Source: a candidate division FCPU426 bacterium
GTDB taxonomy: Bacteria > Oederibacteriota > JAAXVQ01 > JAUVAV01
Length of the DNA stretch: 12,724 nucleotides
NCBI GenBank assembly: GCA_030637655.1
Contig: DAOWGI010000046.1
Location: 1-12,724, forward strand
Reading direction: 5' to 3'
Under the pieces are notes generated by a model. The model was given only the letters and a program-made list of their open reading frames with translations, had not been told where the DNA came from and did no database searches. Below are positions 7,234-12,724 of this stretch, one piece after another. Both the position numbers and the translations under genes were made by a program. Each line of letters opens with the position of its first letter. Position 1 is the stretch's first letter.

Positions 7234-8706
7234 CTACTTCTTCGATTGTAGCCATTGAAACACTTTCCAGGTAGCTTCCAAATCTTCACGGTTGTATGCC
7301 AGGATTTCATCCATAACCATATCACGTTCTTTTTCATCTTCCGTTTCAACCGCTTCAATATATTTCGCGATAGACCAGTCGCCGCCATATTCCGTCATAG
7401 TTCTTTTATAGCCCACATACTCTTCTACGACCTTGAGACTGTAACTGGGTAGCGGCAGGGCCAGAGATTTGCGCGTGATGGGTAAAAGATCCAGTAAATT
7501 AATGAGTACGCGCTCTGCAATTCCATCCGGATCGCCAAAGCGTTCAATATACATTTTTACATTTGTCCTCTCATAATGATGCCAGTGCACAAAAGGAATG
7601 TCACCGTGTTCCTGAAAAATGGTCTTTACTTTAGCCAGAAAATCTTCCCACCCCTGGCTGTCACCTGCTTCGCCAAAACCAGCTGTGGCTGCCTGAAATT
7701 CTCCCGGGGTTTCTCCGAATACCTGCATACCCCAGAGATATATCTTCTGGAGTTCGTTCAACTGCGGTGGCAAACCTTCCAGATCGAACATCACATAATT
7801 GGGCCCTTCCGGCAATTCCGGCTTCTGAATAAAAATCTCCTTATTGTCAGCCATGGCCTTAGCGTTTAGCAAAATAGCACCCGCCTTTTTGCCCACCCTC
7901 TGGGTACGGTTTCCCCAGGGTCGCTGATAATTCGCCAGGCGCGTTTCATCAAAGGCTTCCCTAAATTGCGACACGGTTTCAATGCCCTCATCACGCAAAG
8001 CTCCGGCCAATCCCTGATCCACGTCTGCGACCAATGCGACATCTTGCTTTTTTTCAGCGCGCGGCCAACAATACCCATGAAACCCGCAACCCGCACACTT
8101 TGTCCACCCGACCGGACTGTAAGGCTCAGATTTCAGCTGCCGAAGCTCTGTAATAGTGGCGAGAATCCCCAAGGCAGCGTGACCTTCATCATAAGGCACC
8201 TCTTCCAGTTTCCCGGCGCCGCTATACACTTCCAGGCGAACCGGGGGCTGGTTAAATGTCTGTTCATACAGCCAGCCATAGATTTGCAGTTGGCGTATAA
8301 TTTCCGGATGATCCTTCTCATCGATGCGCCGGGATATCTTAACATCCCGAATTACATACCCGCCAGGTACGGTCAGCATAAAATCCGGTTCCCCCAAAAT
8401 CTCACAGACTATGCCTTTTAATTTTGCGCAAGCGCGCATGAAGGGCTGGTAAAGTACTGCCACACGGTCGCGAACTGCCTCGATAGTATGAGTAATCCGT
8501 TCCTGCGAAGGAAAGGCGGCTAGATTGATGAATTCCGGAAAGGTCCCAAGATGTGCCTGCTCATGACGCACGCCTAGCCGCCGAAGAACCTGCTCATACG
8601 GCCCGGCCGGCGCTTCCTTCACCTCAGGCTGCTGCTGCAAATACACCCGCAGTTCGCAGCGAGAGGGGCGGTAATAGGCGTGGAAATCAGAGCTGATTAA
8701 TTTCAT
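7234..8706 (-). CDS. TM0106-family RecB/Cas4-like nuclease with C-terminal RNase H-like (DEDD-type) domain
   Basis: N-terminal Cys, G.RHE, GEPDF...DVK (PD-(D/E)xK), QLQIY, CAGCGFHGYC; C-terminal FDLEG, HWHHYE, DLL, SYSLK.VE, YNREDLEAT. Start is ATG 8706 or TTG 8724. Confidence 0.85.
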   Translation of the reverse strand: MKLISSDFHAYYRPSRCELRVYLQQQPEVKEAPAGPYEQVLRRLGVRHEQAHLGTFPEFINLAAFPSQERITHTIEAVRDRVAVLYQPFMRACAKLKGIVCEILGEPDFMLTVPGGYVIRDVKISRRIDEKDHPEIIRQLQIYGWLYEQTFNQPPVRLEVYSGAGKLEEVPYDEGHAALGILATITELRQLKSEPYSPVGWTKCAGCGFHGYCWPRAEKKQDVALVADVDQGLAGALRDEGIETVSQFREAFDETRLANYQRPWGNRTQRVGKKAGAILLNAKAMADNKEIFIQKPELPEGPNYVMFDLEGLPPQLNELQKIYLWGMQVFGETPGEFQAATAGFGEAGDSQGWEDFLAKVKTIFQEHGDIPFVHWHHYERTNVKMYIERFGDPDGIAERVLINLLDLLPITRKSLALPLPSYSLKVVEEYVGYKRTMTEYGGDWSIAKYIEAVETEDEKERDMVMDEILAYNREDLEATWKVFQWLQSKK

Positions 8707-8970
8707 GGCAGGTTGGCCTTTCAAGTCAAAATATTTGAAATAATGACTGACACCATCATTTTACTCTTTAAATTTTAATTATAGCTTCTTGATACCTTTC
8801 TGAAGAAAAAGTATAACCATACTACACTTCAAAATTATCAGCTCCCAGTATGTTATTATATTATATTGTACGTCAACGTTAAAAATCCGGCATTCTTATA
8901 AAATTGTTTATTAACCTGATGCTTTCTGATAACATATTGTAATTATTAACTTATCCTTGGAGGCATTAAA

Positions 8971-9207
8971 ATGGATTCTATAACTAGAATTACCTTTGAT
9001 CCTAATGTCATGGGAGGAAAACCCTGCATTCGCGGTATACGTGTAACCGTAGGAACCATAGTTGGACTTGTCGCCTCAGGTTATACTAAAGAAGATATTC
9101 TTAAGTTATATCCCTACCTGGAATCAGAAGACATTGATGCGGCGCTCGCTTACGCCGCGTGGCGCGTGGAAGAAATTGACGTTCCATTTTTACCAAAATC
9201 GGCATGA
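8971..9207 (+). CDS. DUF433 family protein (VapB45-type antitoxin)
   Basis: RIT.DP.VMGGKPCIRG.RVTV.TI...YPYL..EDI.AAL.YAAWR; GGAGG RBS upstream. Confidence 0.93.
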   Translation: MDSITRITFDPNVMGGKPCIRGIRVTVGTIVGLVASGYTKEDILKLYPYLESEDIDAALAYAAWRVEEIDVPFLPKSA

Positions 9208-9251
9208 AAATATTAATAGACATGAATCTCACTCCGATTGGTTTCTATTGA
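9204..9251 (+). pseudogene. Stub of DUF5615/VapC45-type PIN toxin
   Basis: ATG overlaps the DUF433 stop (ATGA) and reads MKILIDMNLTP, the typical start of this toxin family. It then stops after 15 codons. Confidence 0.8.
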
Positions 9252-9441
9252 CCACAAAAAGTTACGCGCCCGTATTCTTCCTTTACAAAAATAATAAATC
9301 CTCACCGTAGAAATCCGCGGCGCTTCTAATTGTCGTTACGCTTTCCTTATGTTCATGATTGCCTCCCTTTTTGATTTTGCTGGAGGCATCATGCTTGATT
9401 CCCGTCAATCCTTCAAGCTGTGGTTATTTTGACACTTACCG

Positions 9442-9582
9442 ATTACCCGTATGACTGGCAAGGAATTAAAGGGGCGGAATATTACCGTGAATGAAGCACG
9501 GCCTCTCGAGAAAGGCCGCTTTTCCGATAGACGTCAGCGGGGCAACCAACCGGGCGACGACCGTAAAAACGGGGGAAATTGA
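9442..9582 (+). pseudogene. 3' fragment of a bacterial RRM RNA-binding protein gene
   Basis: Reads ITRMTGKELKGRNITVNEARP followed by a R/G/D-rich tail; matches the LNGKELxGRxIxVNEARP end of single-RRM proteins. In-frame TGA at 9430-9432; RNP1/RNP2 absent. Confidence 0.78.
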
Positions 9583-9689
9583 CGTTACTGATAAGATTTG
9601 ATTTTTGCAACCACTGCCATGGAAAAGAATGTCACTGAAAAATATTCAAATGCAGGCATGGTTTGAAAAAACCTGACGAATATGTTACT

Positions 9690-10607
9690 CTATTGCCTTA
9701 CTTGGTAATACGATTTATCATTAATGGATGTTTCCGTAAGCTGATTTCGGGCAATCAGTTCTTCAATATACTTCAGAATCTCATTTCGGTGCAGGCCCAG
9801 CCCATTGGCGATATCGGATATAGAACATGGTCGCCTTCGCAGCGTATTTAGAATCTCTTCACAATTTGCGGAAAATTCGAGCTGTTGGCAGGTATTGTGG
9901 AAATCGGCAATGACTTCGGCAGCCGGATTGAACCTTTTAGCCAGCTCCGTCATGCGCGCCGGCGAGACATTAAGAGCAAATTTTTCAGCCGGCGGACGGG
10001 TTACAGTATTAAGCTGAACTCGATCCGGTCTGATAAGATCAACACATTTTGCAAGCTTATCGACCTCGGTCTCCGAAGCGGTGTAACCGGCAACCAGAAA
10101 TATCTCCAGCCAGTACTGCCCTTTAAATTCCCGGCGGAAATGGATTAAACCGTTCAGCATTTTTTCAAAAGTAATATCCGAATGGGGCCGGTTCACGGCA
10201 CAAAACACAGCTTCATCACCGGCATCTAATGAGGGAATAACCAAATCGGCATTCAGCAACTGTTTCCGAACATCTTCCTTCCATAGTAGGGAGCCGTTTG
10301 TTAAAACAGCCACCGGAATATCCGTCATGGCTTTGATCCGGGATATAAGCTCTTCAGTCCGAAAAAAGAGTGTAGGTTCGCCGGAGCCACTGAGAGTAAT
10401 ATAATCCGGCCGGCTGGAGAGCTTAGTCCGAAGTTCCTGCAAGACCTCAGCCAACGGCACCCATTCTTTTTGCTCGATGGTCTTACAAGTTGTACGTCCA
10501 AGTTGACAATAAATGCAGTCATAAGAGCAGGTCTTGAAGGGTACAATATCCACGCCCAACGAGCGTCCCAGTCTACGTGAGGGCACCGGGCCAAAGATGT
10601 GGCTCAT
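9690..10607 (-). CDS. Radical SAM protein (TYW1-like/COG0731 group) with C-terminal HTH-like segment
   Basis: IFGPVPSRRLGRSLGVD, CSYDCIYC (CxxxCxxC), TLSGSGEPTL, VLTNGSLL, PSLDAG, QLNTVTRPP. Confidence 0.92.
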   Translation of the reverse strand: MSHIFGPVPSRRLGRSLGVDIVPFKTCSYDCIYCQLGRTTCKTIEQKEWVPLAEVLQELRTKLSSRPDYITLSGSGEPTLFFRTEELISRIKAMTDIPVAVLTNGSLLWKEDVRKQLLNADLVIPSLDAGDEAVFCAVNRPHSDITFEKMLNGLIHFRREFKGQYWLEIFLVAGYTASETEVDKLAKCVDLIRPDRVQLNTVTRPPAEKFALNVSPARMTELAKRFNPAAEVIADFHNTCQQLEFSANCEEILNTLRRRPCSISDIANGLGLHRNEILKYIEELIARNQLTETSINDKSYYQVRQ

Positions 10608-10729
10608 TTCGATACCAAATATTTAAAGTTATTCAATACGAGAAAATTTCTAATCATTGCTTATCAAATTTCACATTCCATAGTAGTGGATGAGCTCGGC
10701 GGTTCTTCTGAAACTTTGCACTGGTTGGA

Positions 10730-11098
10730 TTATTTTTCAGCCTTTGCTTCAAACTCTTCGATTCGCTTCTTGATCTCCTGCAAAGCATCCCCAAAGTATT
10801 CTGCCTGACTTTTCAGCGCGTCCAATTCCTGCGCCTTCATAGCCGGAGTATTTGGCGCAGGATATGCTCTGGGAGCCCCATAAACTGGCCAGCCCGTGCC
10901 TGCGCCCTGCCAACCAGTCAGGCCAGTAGCATAAAACCAATTGCGCCGGCCACGGCCTCCGCCGCGACCCCATCCCAAAAAACCTCGTCCTGAAACCGAA
11001 TTCATGTAACCGGGAACCGAATACCCGGCGCAGTACCCTGCTACTCGTCCTGTCATTGGCCCCATTCCGGCCGGTCCTGTTCTATCTCCACCTGGCAT
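10730..11098 (-). CDS. DUF5320 family protein
   Basis: MPGGDRTGP.GMGPMTGR.AGYC, Gly/Arg-rich middle, YATGL.GW and a C-terminal coiled coil; AAGGAGG RBS. Confidence 0.88.
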   Translation of the reverse strand: MPGGDRTGPAGMGPMTGRVAGYCAGYSVPGYMNSVSGRGFLGWGRGGGRGRRNWFYATGLTGWQGAGTGWPVYGAPRAYPAPNTPAMKAQELDALKSQAEYFGDALQEIKKRIEEFEAKAEK

Positions 11099-11168
11099 GA
11101 TAATACACCTCCTTGATAAAATCTGAATTTTTAGTAAAACTGGCGATTCTCATCTCACTATTAAGTAA

Positions 11169-11184
11169 TGCAAAATAAATGCCA
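11169..11184 (-). promoter_or_regulatory. Sigma-54 (-24/-12) promoter
   Basis: Minus strand TGGCATTTATTTTGCA with exact GG-N10-GC spacing, 70 nt upstream of the DUF5320 start. Confidence 0.8.
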
Positions 11185-11216
11185 AGTTGATGAAGATGAA
11201 AAAGTGCAATAAAATA

Positions 11217-11229
11217 AACCAATTAGTTG
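11217..11229. promoter_or_regulatory. Possible IHF site
   Basis: AACCAATTAGTTG is one mismatch from WATCAANNNNTTR and lies between the sigma-54 core and the upstream palindromes. Confidence 0.45.
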
Positions 11230-11259
11230 ACTTTATTGGGAACACATCATATGGTTGAA

Positions 11260-11305
11260 TTGCAAATTGCAACGGTACTGGAGACTTGTAATTGCATAAT
11301 GCAAT
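11260..11305. promoter_or_regulatory. Paired palindromic enhancer-binding protein sites (TTGCA-N3-TGCAA x2)
   Basis: TTGCAAATTGCAA (11260-11272) and ATTGCATAATGCAAT (11291-11305); centres 32 bp apart. Confidence 0.7.
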
Positions 11306-11560
11306 AAAAATTTGGGATCAGGTCTATTTTGTTGTCATTCGCATGCGTAAAATCCTACTCACCGAGGTAAAGTGAATCTTCAGCAAATCAGCCTCCTTGC
11401 GCTGTTAGCCGGGACGTGGTTCGGTAATACGGTTATAAATTTCCCCAATTGATTGCCCAAAATTTTCAGCAACTAATGATTTGAACATATTTAAAAATCT
11501 TGTTATCGTTATCCCCAATACAATCATTTCTCTTTATTTCATTTTTATTATTAAACCGTA

Positions 11561-12559
11561 TTACCGATCAACGTCCCGAAAAACACCAGCCTTTTTACAA
11601 TGCTCTTCAACTGTAAAATCAACAATCACCGGAAAATGATCTGATCCGATATGCGGGCCGGTTTTTCTGGACAATATTCGAAATTCCTCTGAAACCAAAC
11701 AATGGTCTATCGGTATTCGCATAGGAAAATAATTAGTCGGCCAGGTCGGTTGCACCCCAAATCCTTTGGCGCTATTTTTTAGTCCGGTAGTCTTGATTAA
11801 TCCGTAAAATGCTTTTGTCCAGGGTGTAATATTTAAATCACCCACTAAAAGCACAGGATATGAAATAGTACTCAAATGTTCGGCTACAGCAGATAACTGT
11901 TGATTGCGAAATTGCGCATAAACCGGTGTAATTGGCGGCACCGGATGAGTTCCAAAAAAATAAATTCGTCTTCCGGCCAATATCATTTCCGCATAAAGTG
12001 ACGGAATATCCAACGAGCCCTTGATAATTGTACCGGATTTTTCAAACGGTATTTTACTATAAAGCGCTATACCAAAAACGCCTTCTTTTAAACAATACCG
12101 GCAATAAGGGTATTGGTCCTCTAATTCTTTCATTTTTTTCAGCCATATTCGATCCACTTCTTGAAGCAATAAAATATCAGGATTTGATTTCCAAACAAAT
12201 TTTATGACCCGGTTGTACTGGGTATTTCGGTTATTTACATTAATATGCACAACCCGATATTGATTGTTCTGGGAAACTCCGTGGCAATCGCCGCTCTTAA
12301 ATATAAACGGTAAAATAAAGGCTGAATTTATCATCACAAAAACTGTAAAAATTATGGCTACCCTATATCTTTTGAACCCGATTAAGGCAAACACGACCAG
12401 TGTTAGTAAAACAAAATACTGCCAGCGGAAATGAGAAAGCATCTCCCATATCCACCCCTGCTCATTTAAAAATGCCAAACCAGTTGCCAGGCTAACCAGG
12501 CTGCCGGCCATAATTAATATGTTGCTAATCGCATTTCCTGCTATTTGTTTTAGTGTCAT
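11561..12559 (-). CDS. Endonuclease/exonuclease/phosphatase (EEP) family protein with N-terminal membrane segments
   Basis: Hydrophobic N-terminus with E.LSHFR.QY; HIN, PDILLLQEV, THP.PP, VGDLN.TPW, PTWP, IDH.LVS, GSDHFPV. ATG 12559 follows GAGG. Confidence 0.92.
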   Translation of the reverse strand: MTLKQIAGNAISNILIMAGSLVSLATGLAFLNEQGWIWEMLSHFRWQYFVLLTLVVFALIGFKRYRVAIIFTVFVMINSAFILPFIFKSGDCHGVSQNNQYRVVHINVNNRNTQYNRVIKFVWKSNPDILLLQEVDRIWLKKMKELEDQYPYCRYCLKEGVFGIALYSKIPFEKSGTIIKGSLDIPSLYAEMILAGRRIYFFGTHPVPPITPVYAQFRNQQLSAVAEHLSTISYPVLLVGDLNITPWTKAFYGLIKTTGLKNSAKGFGVQPTWPTNYFPMRIPIDHCLVSEEFRILSRKTGPHIGSDHFPVIVDFTVEEHCKKAGVFRDVDR

Positions 12560-12563
12560 GGCA

Positions 12564-12724
12564 TTAACCTCGCTTGTCAAAATCCACTGTTGCAGTATTG
12601 TTTTTTTGACTGCTTAAACCATGCCAGTCAATTTTCCGGCTAAAATACATAAGCAGAGCCAATACGATAAAAAGTCCGGCACTGCCGGCAACCAGAGCAT
12701 AATCTTCCGACTGTACAACTTTGA
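12564..12724 (-). CDS. creD: C-terminal end of inner membrane protein CreD (partial, runs off the window)
   Basis: Minus-strand frame reads KVVQSEDYALVAGSAGLFIVLALLMYFSRKIDWHG...*, matching the CreD C-terminal SEDYALLxGSxxLFxxLxxxMYxTRxIDW pattern. Not in the ORF track. Confidence 0.85.
   Translation of the reverse strand, partial: KVVQSEDYALVAGSAGLFIVLALLMYFSRKIDWHGLSSQKNNTATVDFDKRG

Noticed and set aside
7234-8970. CRISPR-Cas locus suggested by the Cas4-like nuclease
   Set aside because: No repeat-spacer array and no other cas genes seen.
9391-9582. TGA read-through or alternative genetic code joining ATG 9391 to the RRM fragment
   Set aside because: TGA is used as a stop in DUF433, long genes need no read-through, and the upstream codons do not resemble an RRM.
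661-10148. Plus-strand and nested ORFs such as 661-1191, 1740-2117, 2301-2606, 5402-5755, 7966-8421, 9062-9310 and 9885-10148
   Set aside because: They are antisense or alternative-frame shadows of well-supported genes and carry no recognisable motifs.

Overview
Bacterial chromosomal window, standard genetic code, with nearly all genes on the minus strand. The left part (1-7100) is a signalling/carbohydrate cluster. In transcription order it holds a REC + degenerate GGDEF gene (GVDQF), tRNA-Leu(GAG), its equal-length REC + intact GGEEF diguanylate cyclase paralog, a GH35/GH42 beta-galactosidase-like protein that appears to have lost its catalytic residues, a translationally coupled hypothetical gene, a ROK sugar kinase, a single-domain receiver protein and dtd. 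REP-like palindromes sit in three intergenic gaps. The right part (7200-12724) looks accessory and partly decayed: a stand-alone TM0106-type RecB/Cas4-like nuclease with an RNase H-like domain, an orphan DUF433 antitoxin with a 15-codon PIN toxin stub, an RRM gene fragment, a DUF5320 + radical SAM pair behind a complete sigma-54 promoter architecture, a membrane-anchored EEP-family gene and the 3' end of creD. The best candidate for an undescribed system is the c-di-GMP locus that contains two apparent pseudoenzymes. All family calls come from motif recognition by eye; no searches were run.
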